The notes under the pieces were generated by a model. That model had not been told where the DNA came from. It was given only the letters and a program-made list of their open reading frames with translations, and did not search any database. 64,000 nucleotides of DNA from an uncultured delta proteobacterium. Its GTDB lineage: Bacteria > Myxococcota_A > Polyangia > Polyangiales > Polyangiaceae. Where the stretch lies: positions 352,001-416,000 of the forward strand of contig CAWJCS010000005.1 of assembly GCA_963841435.1 (NCBI GenBank), in the 5' to 3' direction. A program made the translations under genes and the position numbers. Below, in pieces: positions 9,661 to 19,118 of this stretch. Position 1 is the first letter of the stretch. Each line of letters begins with the position of its first letter.

Positions 9661-9984
9661 CGTCCTTTCGAGCCACTCGCGCTTGCGCAAAGAGGTCGTC
9701 CCGCTTCCGCCTCCCAGCGCATCGGTCCCGATTCGCCCTCCGCCGACTCCGCCACCGCGTCCGCGAGGTCAGCTCGAGCTGCCGCTCGTTCGGTGAGTCG
9801 CTATGCCCACCGAACGCCGCGGGCGTGTGCGCTGCGTTCGGCTACCAGCCGCAGAGGCCGGGTTCATCGACGATGCGTGCACTTTTCCCACGCGAACCTC
9901 ACCGCCCTGGGCCCCGCCTCCTCTAACGACCGCTTCGCCCGCCCAACGGCCCCGCCGTTTTCCCAGTTCGATTTTCCTTCGCGC
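9661..9984 (+). mobile_element. internally deleted ISCR/IS91 3' end with oriIS-like terminus (copy 1)
   Basis: 9661-9713 matches 14809-14861; after about 20 unrelated nt it matches about 15097-15372; ends GTTCGATTTTCCTTCGCGC. Confidence 0.9.
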
Positions 9985-10000
9985 CGCCACAACTGGCCCG

Positions 10001-10657
10001 TCACCGCCCCAACGAGACGTAGTACCCCGCCCGCAAGACGACACCGGCCGACCACGAGGCGTAATCGCGCGCGTAGGCGGCCTCCGGTGGAGGGGTGGCG
10101 ACGGCTTGTGCCGACAGGCCCGGTACGAGCGCTAGGGTAAAGTCCGAGATGACCAGAGTCATCGGAGCCTCGACGCCAGCGAAGGGTGCGTACTGTTCCT
10201 GGGTTTCGAACCCCAGACCCGCGCGCGGGGTGTCGATCGCAACCAGCATTCCAGCGAAGATACCAATCGCAGGCTCGAAGATGCCGAACCTGAAGGTTCT
10301 AAGCCCGCCAATGCCGACGCGGAAGCGCCGGTGGCTCGTCACGTCCGTCTCGCCCGACCACCCATAGCCGCCGACGACCAAGAGCTCCCAGAGTGGCGCG
10401 AAGCGCCAAGCGGCACCCGCGTCGAGCCTCCAAAAGAAGAGATTCGAGCAGCTCCGCACGGTTTCGAATTCGCTACAGGAGGGCCGGAGCTCGACCTCGC
10501 CACCTGCGTCTGCCAGGATACCAATCGCAAGACGCTCGACGGCGCGCTGGCCCTGTCGTGGGTCGCTTTGAGCCCAGGCCCGCCCTGGCAGCCAGAGGAG
10601 CCCGGCGAGACCGGACAAGGCGGCCCGCGTCAGAAAGCACGCAAGGTCGCGAGGCAC
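10001..10657 (-). CDS. putative outer-membrane beta-barrel protein
   Basis: Signal peptide ending AWA; alternating hydrophobic strands; C-terminal VVLRAGYYVSL. Confidence 0.6.
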   Translation of the reverse strand: MPRDLACFLTRAALSGLAGLLWLPGRAWAQSDPRQGQRAVERLAIGILADAGGEVELRPSCSEFETVRSCSNLFFWRLDAGAAWRFAPLWELLVVGGYGWSGETDVTSHRRFRVGIGGLRTFRFGIFEPAIGIFAGMLVAIDTPRAGLGFETQEQYAPFAGVEAPMTLVISDFTLALVPGLSAQAVATPPPEAAYARDYASWSAGVVLRAGYYVSLGR

Positions 10658-10696
10658 GTGGGGCCTTCGGCTGCTAGGCGAGTAGTGCCACGCCCG

Positions 10697-11323
10697 TCAG
10701 GGGCCATACTCTTTATACTCCTCGCACTGCGGCGTGGTGAAGTGTTCGTCGAGTGCCATCGCGACGCCCTCCGAGGGTTGACCAGGCGTCTGCTCGCCTT
10801 CGTTCGAAACTTCTTGGGCGTTCACCCAGCACCTGACTTGGAACCTGGCACTGATACTGGCGGCCACGCTGTCGGCGTCTGTATCTACTGCAACGTCAAC
10901 TCGTTGTCCTTCGGCAAAGCTGTACATGAGTGTTCCAGAATCGGGTTGAGCTACGGGATAATCGCCGCGCTTCCGCTCCACGTTGGCGATGCCGACCTCC
11001 AGCGGGGCGCGCTTGATCGTTGCTGTCCCACCTCCGTTACCGAGAAAGTTTCGGTCTATCTGAACTTGCGCGGTCCACACCTCGTTGCCGTTGCCCGCCA
11101 AGAACACCATGACCGACTTGTCAACGTAGCCAGGAGTGCCATAGTTGTACACGTCAACGGCAACGTCATCGCCGAAGAACTTGGTACCATCTCGCGTCGA
11201 GATGACGGTCCCCCGGGCTTCTCCAGTCGTTTCCTCCGGAGTGGAGGTGGAGCGCTCCGATCGGCCGCAGGCGACGAGCCCCAGGGCCGCTATGACGACA
11301 CCGCAAATACCTGATTGGTGCAT
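10697..11323 (-). CDS. hypothetical lipoprotein
   Basis: VVIAALGLVAC lipobox; co-oriented in the protease operon. Confidence 0.75.
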   Translation of the reverse strand: MHQSGICGVVIAALGLVACGRSERSTSTPEETTGEARGTVISTRDGTKFFGDDVAVDVYNYGTPGYVDKSVMVFLAGNGNEVWTAQVQIDRNFLGNGGGTATIKRAPLEVGIANVERKRGDYPVAQPDSGTLMYSFAEGQRVDVAVDTDADSVAASISARFQVRCWVNAQEVSNEGEQTPGQPSEGVAMALDEHFTTPQCEEYKEYGP

Positions 11324-11337
11324 TTGTGGGTTTCTCC

Positions 11338-12399
11338 TCAGATGCAGACTCTGCTGAGCGTGGTTGCATGATGAACAACGTTGTCGGTTTCGCGTGACTC
11401 AGCGTGGGCGCTGCCCGTGTCGACTGTGTGAAACGTCCAGAAGGTCGTATTGCATGCCATTGAGCCGACTGGCGCAGTCGTACTGTGTGCCGTAAACACT
11501 TGATTTCTATTGTTTACAATGGCCCCAGTCCAGTTGGTCCAGGTAATGCCGCCCGTCCCGCAGGTCGGGCAGGTGTTGATGTGTTCGCGCCAATTGAACG
11601 TCAAATTTTGCGTACCATGATTCACGAGCGCGTAGTTCATGTCGACCACCGTTGTGAGCGTCACGAAAATGGTCCCTGCAAACGACGTGGTGGTCACTGC
11701 GCCCCCGCTGAAGCGCTGACCAGATGCGAGGAGATTCTTGAAGGATGAGGGGCCGCCGTAGAGGGTTGCGGCGCCGTTTCGGTCGTCTCCCGAAGGGGTG
11801 GAGTGCGTGCCTGTTCCGCCGACGCGGGGTTTCAGACCCCCGGGGATCATCACGTCGTATCCGGTCTGATGCCCGAGGCCGAGGACATGCCCCCACTCGT
11901 GCACGAAGACGTCACGGCCGGAGAGAGGCCCACCCACGGCCACGTCCCAGCCGCTCTCATCCGGGTTGCCGAAGAGGAGGTCGCTCGCGACCATGGGGTC
12001 CGCCTCGTCCATGTCGTTGCATCCAATGAAGCAGGTGCCCCATTGAATGACGGTGAGTCCGTTGTTGCCTCCAATCGTGGAGCGCGCTACGACTCCTGCT
12101 TCCCATTGCCCGTCGCCGTGGGTGATCACCGTATCGCTTGTGGTGCCGCTGACGTTGACGGGTGATCGCGACATCACGCGCGTATTCCACTCGGTTGAAG
12201 CATTGAAAAGGTCGGACTCCCTAGCGCCTCCGGCCGCAATGCTAGAGAGATTTTGTCGAACGTGCTCTTGGCTCGACCCGATCTTGCCCGTGCAGCCATT
12301 GCACGTGTAAAGGAACGTGAACGCCTCAGCGCGAACCGCTACTGCCAGCGTCGCGAACCCAGCGGCCGCACCAGCGACCAGTTGCTTGAGCTCGATCAT
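11338..12399 (-). CDS. secreted metzincin (matrixin/M10-like) zinc metalloprotease with CARDB-like C-terminus
   Basis: HEWGHVLGLGH, Met-turn VMIP, signal peptide ending AEA, C-terminal VDTGSAHAESRETDNV. Confidence 0.85.
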   Translation of the reverse strand: MIELKQLVAGAAAGFATLAVAVRAEAFTFLYTCNGCTGKIGSSQEHVRQNLSSIAAGGARESDLFNASTEWNTRVMSRSPVNVSGTTSDTVITHGDGQWEAGVVARSTIGGNNGLTVIQWGTCFIGCNDMDEADPMVASDLLFGNPDESGWDVAVGGPLSGRDVFVHEWGHVLGLGHQTGYDVMIPGGLKPRVGGTGTHSTPSGDDRNGAATLYGGPSSFKNLLASGQRFSGGAVTTTSFAGTIFVTLTTVVDMNYALVNHGTQNLTFNWREHINTCPTCGTGGITWTNWTGAIVNNRNQVFTAHSTTAPVGSMACNTTFWTFHTVDTGSAHAESRETDNVVHHATTLSRVCI

Positions 12400-13166
12400 T
12401 GAAGCTCTCCTGACACGGGAGTTTCGTTCCAGCGCGACCAAGTTGGTTTCGTCGAGCCAAGCGCTCCGGCAAGCCGAACGCCATCGCTGCGCAAGACTGC
12501 GCGAATTGCGTCAACCGCTTCGGAAGTCTTCAGGGTACGCGTCGAGGGCGCGGCGGCAAGCCGCGTAGCACGTTGAAATGAGAAGCCATCGAATCGCGGG
12601 CTCTGGAAAAGCGCCTCGCTCCCAAACTTTGGGCCCAATACGCCGATCGACACGACAGCGCGACCCTCGTCGCCGATCAGCATGTCTTCCCCATCTACGG
12701 ACTCAATCGAGAACCCGTAGCCAGGCACGATGGGTGACCAGAATGCCGACTTGTTCGTCAGCAGCAACAAGCAGCGTTGACCTTCGGCAAAGACGGGTGT
12801 TTCGGAGGTCGTCATGAACTGGCCGCTAGGCAAGTACCCGCCGAACACCGACAGCGTGAGCTGGCTTGCAGGGATCGAGCCCTCATGGAGCTTGTCGACG
12901 AAGAAGTGGACGTTGGTCCGCGGCCCGGTAACGTCGTCGTAGGAAAACGTGATCGTCCCTACCGTTCCTTCGACCAGCGCGGCGCCATCGACCAATTGGC
13001 GCCCCGCCGGGCTGATTGACGTTGGAATCGCGACGGCCGAGCCGTTGAACGCTGCCTTCGCATCCCGGCTGGCCAGCGATGGCAAGCCCACAGCCGCGAA
13101 GCCAACAAAAGTAGCCCCGAGCGCGCCCAATGTGGCGCCGGTTTTCCCCAGTTTACCCATACCCAT
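12396..13166 (-). CDS. secreted hypothetical protein translationally coupled to the protease
   Basis: N-terminal hydrophobic segment; ATGA overlap with the protease; LVEGTV...PVFAEGQRCLLLL. Confidence 0.75.
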   Translation of the reverse strand: MGMGKLGKTGATLGALGATFVGFAAVGLPSLASRDAKAAFNGSAVAIPTSISPAGRQLVDGAALVEGTVGTITFSYDDVTGPRTNVHFFVDKLHEGSIPASQLTLSVFGGYLPSGQFMTTSETPVFAEGQRCLLLLTNKSAFWSPIVPGYGFSIESVDGEDMLIGDEGRAVVSIGVLGPKFGSEALFQSPRFDGFSFQRATRLAAAPSTRTLKTSEAVDAIRAVLRSDGVRLAGALGSTKPTWSRWNETPVSGELQ

Positions 13167-13603
13167 GCTGCACCTCCCGCAGTTAGCTCTTTAGTTACGT
13201 CAAACCATGTTCGTCGTCAAGTGCTGAGTTCACGGGGACCAGCAAGTCATTGCGCAGCCCCTCACGAAAGTCTACCCCAGGATTCGTTGGGCAATTGCGA
13301 CGCTCGCCTCGCACGAGACAAGCGCAGTCCAACAGATGGCGTGGATGCCGCTAACCAATTGTGTCGAAACGGCCCACGGCGCTGGCAGGGCAGCGGAGTG
13401 AATCCGCGGTCCTTGCGCGGCGTGTGCCTGTCGTGGCTGAAAAGTGATCGCGCCGGCGCCAAGGTGAAACGAACTGGGAAATTCGTGCTGAGGGACGGCA
13501 GCGAGCCGGGGTAGGGACTCAACTCGAAACCGGGCCCAAGGGGTAGCCGGGCCGAATGGCCGCGTGATCACGCTGGGCACGTCTCTGGCCAGCGGACTTC
13601 GCC

Positions 13604-15160
13604 GTGGGACACCCGGCGCACAGTTTTGGCGACGCTCGACCCCACGTTCGAGCCGATGGCTACGCGCGGCGCCGGCCGGAGGAGAATGCGCTCTACCAGA
13701 CGGTTGCCCAGAGCTGGCCCGCGTTTCACGACCGCGTTCAGGACACTGGCGGCCTGCCGAAGTTCATCGTCAGGGAGTTCGAGGAGTATCTCAAGTGCGG
13801 GATCCTCGAGCACGGCGGCCTCCACCTCGTGTGCCGGAGCTGTGGCTACTCCGAAGTCGTGGCACTCAGCTGCAAGAAGCGCGGTTTTTGCCCGTCCTGC
13901 TTGGGCCGGCGCACGGCCGACACGGCCGTGCACCTGGAAGAGCGAGTGCTGCCGGCCGTGCCCATCCGGCATTGGATCTGCTCTTTGCCTTGGGGCCTCC
14001 GGGCCCTCGCGGGCTACGACCGGCGCTTGTGCGCGCTCATCGCGAGCGCCTTTGTCGGCGAGCTCAGCCGCTCACTCAAGAGGCGAGCGAAGAAGGAGCT
14101 CCGGCTGCCGAGCATCGCCGACGCGCATCCAGGTGCCGTCGCTGCCGTGCAGCGCACTGACGGCGCGCTCCGACTCAACGTGCACTTGCACGTGCTCGCG
14201 CTCGACGGCGTGTACGTGCGTCACCAAGGGAGCGGCGAGCTTCGTTTCCACGCGCTCCTCACGCCGACCCGAGCGGACGTCGAGGACGTGGCGCGCCGGA
14301 CGGCAGCTCGCATCGAGAAGATCCTCCGAGCGAGTGGGCGCACCTTCGGTCCTGAAGAGGACGACGCTCCGCCGCCGGAGCTGACGCTCGATGAGCCCGG
14401 GCTCGCCGCTTGCTACGCCGCTGCCGCGCAGGGCATTTCGGTCAGCGGCGACCGAGCGGGCCTGCCCACGCTCAGACTCGTCTTGCCGCCCGAGCGGCCA
14501 CCTCGCGGCGCTGACACCGGCCCTCTCGCTGATGAGCCCGTCGCCGAGGTGCGCGGCATCAACGTGCACGCTCGGCAACTCGTCGACGGCCGCGATCGGC
14601 GACAACTCGAGCGGCTGTGCCGCTACATCACGCGGCCTCCCGTTGCGCAGGAGCGCCTCGAGCGGCTCGCCGACGGCCGGCTCGAGCGCAGGCTCAAGCA
14701 CGCGTGGAAGGACGGCACGCGCGCCCTCGTCCTCGAGCCCGACGACTTGATGGTCCGGCTAGTCGCCGCGGTGCCCCCGCCGTATTTTCATTTACTGCGG
14801 TATTTTGGCGTCCTTTCGAGCCACTCGCGCTTGCGCAAAGAGGTCGTCCCGCTTCCGCCTCACGACCCGGGCGCCACCGCGCCGCCGCCGGCACCCGGCG
14901 ATCAGCTCGAGCTCGAACTCGACGCCGAGAGCGACGAGCCTCCGGCCGGACGCAAGCGCTGGGCCTGGCTGCTCAGGCATGTGTTTGCGGCCGACCTGGA
15001 TACTTGCCCCCGCTGCTCGGGACCGATGCGCTGGCTGCAGGCTGCCTCCACCCAGGAAGATGCCCGCCACCTGCTCGCCCGGCTCGGGCTCGCGCCTCGC
15101 CCTCCGCCGACTCCGCCACCGCGTCCGCGAGGTCAGCTCGAGCTGCCGCTCGTTCGGTGA
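13604..15160 (+). CDS. IS91/ISCR-family rolling-circle (HUH) transposase
   Basis: Zn-binding region CGILEHG..CRSC..SCKKRGFCPSC, HUH motif NVHLHV, single catalytic Tyr in RLCRYITRP, C-terminal CPRC. Confidence 0.92.
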   Translation: MGHPAHSFGDARPHVRADGYARRRPEENALYQTVAQSWPAFHDRVQDTGGLPKFIVREFEEYLKCGILEHGGLHLVCRSCGYSEVVALSCKKRGFCPSCLGRRTADTAVHLEERVLPAVPIRHWICSLPWGLRALAGYDRRLCALIASAFVGELSRSLKRRAKKELRLPSIADAHPGAVAAVQRTDGALRLNVHLHVLALDGVYVRHQGSGELRFHALLTPTRADVEDVARRTAARIEKILRASGRTFGPEEDDAPPPELTLDEPGLAACYAAAAQGISVSGDRAGLPTLRLVLPPERPPRGADTGPLADEPVAEVRGINVHARQLVDGRDRRQLERLCRYITRPPVAQERLERLADGRLERRLKHAWKDGTRALVLEPDDLMVRLVAAVPPPYFHLLRYFGVLSSHSRLRKEVVPLPPHDPGATAPPPAPGDQLELELDAESDEPPAGRKRWAWLLRHVFAADLDTCPRCSGPMRWLQAASTQEDARHLLARLGLAPRPPPTPPPRPRGQLELPLVR

Positions 15161-15372
15161 GTCGCTATGCCCACCGAACGCCGCGGGCGTGTGCGCTGCG
15201 TTCGGCTACCAGCCGCAGAAGCCGGGTTCATCGACGATGCGTGCACTTTTCCCACGCGAACCTCACCGCCCTGGGCCCCGCCTCCTCTAACGACCGCTTC
15301 GCCCGCCCAACGGCCCCGCCGTTTTCCCGCCCAACGGCCCCGCCGTTTTCCCGGTTCGATTTTCCTTCGCGC
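13604..15372 (+). mobile_element. ISCR-like element (left terIS end not defined)
   Basis: Transposase plus a 212-nt 3' region with hairpins and a 24-bp tandem repeat (15302-15349); the right end is defined by where the three copies stop matching. Confidence 0.8.
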
Positions 15373-15483
15373 GCAAACTGCCGGTCCGTCGTTCCGCTTC
15401 TGCCTCCTCCCTGCGTTCTCCGGTAGCGCCCCCCTCCGGCACCTCCAACTCAGCTCGCTCCGCCCAGCTTCTTCGCAGTTCGA

Positions 15484-15690
15484 ATGCCCTTGGCGCTCGA
15501 CGTACATGGCGAGGCGTTCCCCGTGCGGGAGCCCGACCTCCAAGGGCTCGAGAACTTCATGTTCCAGCTCGACGCCCCGTATACGAAGAGCGTGACGAAG
15601 ACCGGTGGCGTCGAGATCGAAGCGCGAGGCCGGTCGGCAGTCGTGCTCGGGGAGTGGCTTGATGGCTTCCTTTCATCAGCAGACGAATGA
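15484..15690 (+). pseudogene. possible gene remnant right of the ISCR end
   Basis: 68-aa protein-like ORF with no recognisable family. Confidence 0.25.
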
Positions 15691-15867
15691 CAGAGGAATC
15701 TGGGCCGCCGTCCGGGCAAGCGCGATCGGCCGATTGGGCAGGCCGCTCTTGCTTGCCTACGCCGTGCTCCTCGTTGTCGGGATCGCGGCTGTCCTGGGCT
15801 GTGTGGCTTGGATGTTCCTGGGGGCGGGATGACCGACTCCGGACGGGGAGCGGGCATTCTGTTCGCG

Positions 15868-16335
15868 TCAGAAGGAGCTGTGAATATGGACCGTCGTTAC
15901 TTTGGCTGTGCCCCTCGCGGGGGCGATCGCAGTAGTCTCCCAAGACACGGACGCGCCGGCTGCGATGAGCGACGTCCCGACGAGCTGACCGATCCCGTCT
16001 AGGGCGAGCCCCCAGTGCGGCCGGACACCACGCACAAGGGCACCGAAGGGACCCACCACCGGAACGGCACACCACTCGCGCCCGTCGGAGAATCCCTTGC
16101 GCAGGGGAAGGCTGAGCGCGAGCCCGTAGGTCAAGCCCAGAATCAGGATGCCACCAACGCGCGCACGGGAGAGCCCGCTGGAGCGAGAAGCCGCGGGTGG
16201 ATGTACCGGAAGCGCCTGGGCAGCGTTGTGTTCTTCTGCCGCCGCCCGAGTGGACACAGCCATCATGACTAGCAAGACAGAAAGTGAAAGCGCCCACCCC
16301 CGCGCCAACCGGGCTGTCAGCGGCGGAAGGTCCAC
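15868..16335 (-). CDS. hypothetical membrane protein
   Basis: Signal-like N-terminus; transmembrane segments GILILGLTYGLAL, AVPVVGPF, LDGIGQLVG. Confidence 0.6.
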   Translation of the reverse strand: MDLPPLTARLARGWALSLSVLLVMMAVSTRAAAEEHNAAQALPVHPPAASRSSGLSRARVGGILILGLTYGLALSLPLRKGFSDGREWCAVPVVGPFGALVRGVRPHWGLALDGIGQLVGTSLIAAGASVSWETTAIAPARGTAKVTTVHIHSSF

Positions 16336-16336
16336 C

Positions 16337-16960
16337 CTAGGTCGTGCATTCGACCACCGCAACGCAGGTATTCCCTCCAATCTTGCAGGTGGCTGCCCCA
16401 GGAGCCCCGCAAGCGCAGGCGCACGCTTCCTCAATGGTCGTGAAACACGCGTGGGCCCAGGGCAAGCTGAATGGGCAGCTCTCGCATGATGGTGCGTCAT
16501 CGACCCGCGCGCCGGAACACTCCGCGCAGATCTCGACGCACTGCTCATGGTTGCTCGTGTAGCAGACGCACTCGCTGAGACAAGTGCCGCACGATCCACA
16601 GTCTGTGCCACCTCCGCAGCTACTCGGTAGGCCCGCGTCTAGGGGGGCTACAAGGTCGCACCGACACGGCTCGAACGACCCTTGGGGCGTGCAAACTTGC
16701 TGCCCGAACCCGCCGCCAGGACAACGGCAGTCGGCGACATCCCCCTCGGCGCACTCGGGCGATTCGACGGCTCCAGCGGAGCCACCGTTGGGCGACCCCG
16801 CTGCACCTGGCGAAGTGCCGTCGGCCCCGGCCGCCGCAGTGCGCCGTGTATCGGAACGCCCGCTACATCCAAGCGCGGCGCTGGCAGCGAGGATCGCACC
16901 CGCTGCCCAGACCTCAACTTGAACTTTGGTCAATGTCCTCGATGGACCCGCATACCACAC
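16337..16960 (-). CDS. Cys-rich lipoprotein
   Basis: ILAASAALGC lipobox; more than 20 Cys; start codon uncertain. Confidence 0.7.
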   Translation of the reverse strand: MWYAGPSRTLTKVQVEVWAAGAILAASAALGCSGRSDTRRTAAAGADGTSPGAAGSPNGGSAGAVESPECAEGDVADCRCPGGGFGQQVCTPQGSFEPCRCDLVAPLDAGLPSSCGGGTDCGSCGTCLSECVCYTSNHEQCVEICAECSGARVDDAPSCESCPFSLPWAHACFTTIEEACACACGAPGAATCKIGGNTCVAVVECTT

Positions 16961-16980
16961 GCTGTGCCTCGACGAGACGC

Positions 16981-17322
16981 CTACTCCGCCACGCCTTGGT
17001 CCTCTACGAAGCCACCGTTCCCGTTTCCGTCGCCCGTGGGACCCTCCCGGAGGTCTTCGTCGGTGAGTCGGCCCTCCTCCAGGTCCATCGCATCGGTGCG
17101 CACGGCCCCTTCGCCGTCCGCCTGTTGCGGAGCCGGCAACGCGGCAAGGTCTTCCGCCCGGGTCGGTCTGCCCGCGGTCCCATCATCCCGGAACCGACCG
17201 GACTTCTGCACGGCCGTTGCGTACGCGATTGCGGTGGTGCTCACCAACGCAGCCGCCACAACCACGCAAACCGCTTTCCAGCGCCCACTGTGAACTGGAG
17301 TACTTCTGCGCTTGCTCCACAT
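16981..17322 (-). CDS. small exported acidic protein
   Basis: Hydrophobic segment AVCVVVAAALVSTTAIAYA and an acidic tail. Confidence 0.45.
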   Translation of the reverse strand: MWSKRRSTPVHSGRWKAVCVVVAAALVSTTAIAYATAVQKSGRFRDDGTAGRPTRAEDLAALPAPQQADGEGAVRTDAMDLEEGRLTDEDLREGPTGDGNGNGGFVEDQGVAE

Positions 17323-17330
17323 GAAAAGCC

Positions 17331-18245
17331 TCACTTGTTCCATTGGTTGTACCAAAAGCACTTCCCCTGGCCCTTGACGCCCGAACCGGAGCCGCCCTGG
17401 GTTGACTTCGCGTACCACTGATACCGATTGCCCGATGCCACCTGATATATCCGCACCGACTCCCCGGCGCCGGCAAACCTGCCGAAGATCCGCGTGAAGA
17501 AACACACTGCCTCATCAGAATAGATGCCAAGAGGAAGCGTATAGTTCCCCTGAACCCAGAAGTCCGAGCCGGTGAAGAGAGCGAGCTGGCCGCTGCTCGG
17601 AGTTCCGACGAACAGGGAAACGGCGCGACCAGTGATGAACCGGCCAAGGCCGTCGTGGTAGCAGTCCGCCGCATGAATGGCGGAGGCGCTGAACGCGTTG
17701 TTGGATTGCACGACCTGCGTATTCTCCCCGGAGCCGTTCGTCCCACCGGGGCCCGGCCACCACCGCAGCACCGTCGCGGCGTCGCCCCACCAGGCGGTGT
17801 AGTTGGTATCCGTGTCGCACGACCCATTCGCGGTCGCGATTGCGCTTATGTTGTGAGTCGAAATCCAGACTTCATCGTTCACGCCATCACCAGTGAAACA
17901 GGAACGGGCAACGCACCGTGCCTGCGCGACCCCGGCGCCTGAGTAGGCACGATTCACGACCCACCAATAGCCATCGGACTGAACCTCGACACCCAGGCCC
18001 GTGTCGTACCAAGAGTCAGGCTGCTCACCGTCGAAATTCCCAGATGCCATGGTCAGCCAGCAGAAGTGTGTGTCCAGAGGCTTCATCTTCTTGGGCAACC
18101 CCGCCTCATAGATGGTCTGCGTGGCCGTGATGCATGACGAAGGGAGCGCCTCCCGCGTTTGCGCAACGGACTCCTCGTTTCCAGGGTCAACGGCGCACCC
18201 GGAGAGCACCGCCGCGGCGACAATCCAGCCGTGTTCGAGCTTCAT
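17331..18245 (-). CDS. lipoprotein with repeated CW/CF-x-T-x-x-x-G-x-F-x-G beta-rich domains
   Basis: Shine-Dalgarno AGGAGGAGG; AAAVLSGC lipobox; TREAL motif; FCWLTMASGNFDG and VCFFTRIFGRFAG repeats. Confidence 0.8.
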   Translation of the reverse strand: MKLEHGWIVAAAVLSGCAVDPGNEESVAQTREALPSSCITATQTIYEAGLPKKMKPLDTHFCWLTMASGNFDGEQPDSWYDTGLGVEVQSDGYWWVVNRAYSGAGVAQARCVARSCFTGDGVNDEVWISTHNISAIATANGSCDTDTNYTAWWGDAATVLRWWPGPGGTNGSGENTQVVQSNNAFSASAIHAADCYHDGLGRFITGRAVSLFVGTPSSGQLALFTGSDFWVQGNYTLPLGIYSDEAVCFFTRIFGRFAGAGESVRIYQVASGNRYQWYAKSTQGGSGSGVKGQGKCFWYNQWNK

Positions 18246-18518
18246 CTCATACCTCCTCCTGCCTGCCGGCACATGGCCTCAGGGTCTCGGGGAGTCTACT
18301 CAGCGTGCGATGGTCCGTCTGTTGGAAACGGGTGCGGCTCTTCCGCCAGCAGAAACCAGAGCAAATCCGGACCACTGAGCACCCAGTCCGATTCGATCGG
18401 GCGCCGTGGTCGGCGGCGTGCTGGTGGTGTCGGGTCTCACGGCGTTGCTCCAGCTCTAAGGGGGCGCGGTCCCGATACGCTCGAACACCCCGTCACCCTT
18501 GGTCACGAGGACGACGTC

Positions 18519-18832
18519 CCCAGGAAGATGCCCGCCACCTGCTCGCCCGGCTCGGGCTCGCGCCTCGCCCTCCGCCGACTCCGCCACCGCGTCCGCGAGG
18601 TCAGCTCGAGCTGCCGCTCGTTCGGTGAGTCGCTATGCCCACCGAACGCCGCGGGCGTGTGCGCTGCGTTCGGCTACCAGCCGCAGAGGCCGGGTTCATC
18701 GACGATGCGTGCACTTTTCCCACGCGAACCTCACCGCCCTGGGCCCCGCCTCACCGCTTCGCCCGCCCAACGGCCCCGCCGTTTTCCCGCCCAACGGCCC
18801 CGCCGTTTTCCCAGTTCGATTTTCCTTCGCGC
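18519..18832 (+). mobile_element. ISCR 3' end with oriIS-like terminus (copy 3)
   Basis: Matches 15051-15372 apart from an 8-nt deletion (ctctaacg) and a few substitutions. Confidence 0.9.
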
Positions 18833-19118
18833 CGCCCGGCGCCCGAACGCATTCTTACCTTCCGCACGGTCATGTCTTGAGCGCGATGTCTCGAAGTCGG
18901 CTGGCGAGGTCGTCGCGATACTGCTCGAACTCGGTTCGAGTCAGCGGCTTCAGCATCTCCTTCCGCGCAACCCGGGGCGAAGCATGGGGGCGCGGCCGCT
19001 GTTCCGGTACCGGCGTCGAACTTTCCAAGCAGGGGTGCTGGCTCGGTCGATGGGTTCATGCGAAACTGCCGACTACACCTCTGCTCATGGCGTTTGTCCT
19101 CCCGCACCGGCCAAGTCG

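Noticed and set aside
13562-13573. Palindrome GCGTGATCACGC as the ISCR terIS
   Set aside because: No second copy is available to define the left end; insufficient support
18159-19118. 588-aa LuxR fusion protein
   Set aside because: The upstream part reads through the non-coding ISCR end; the plausible start is 19119
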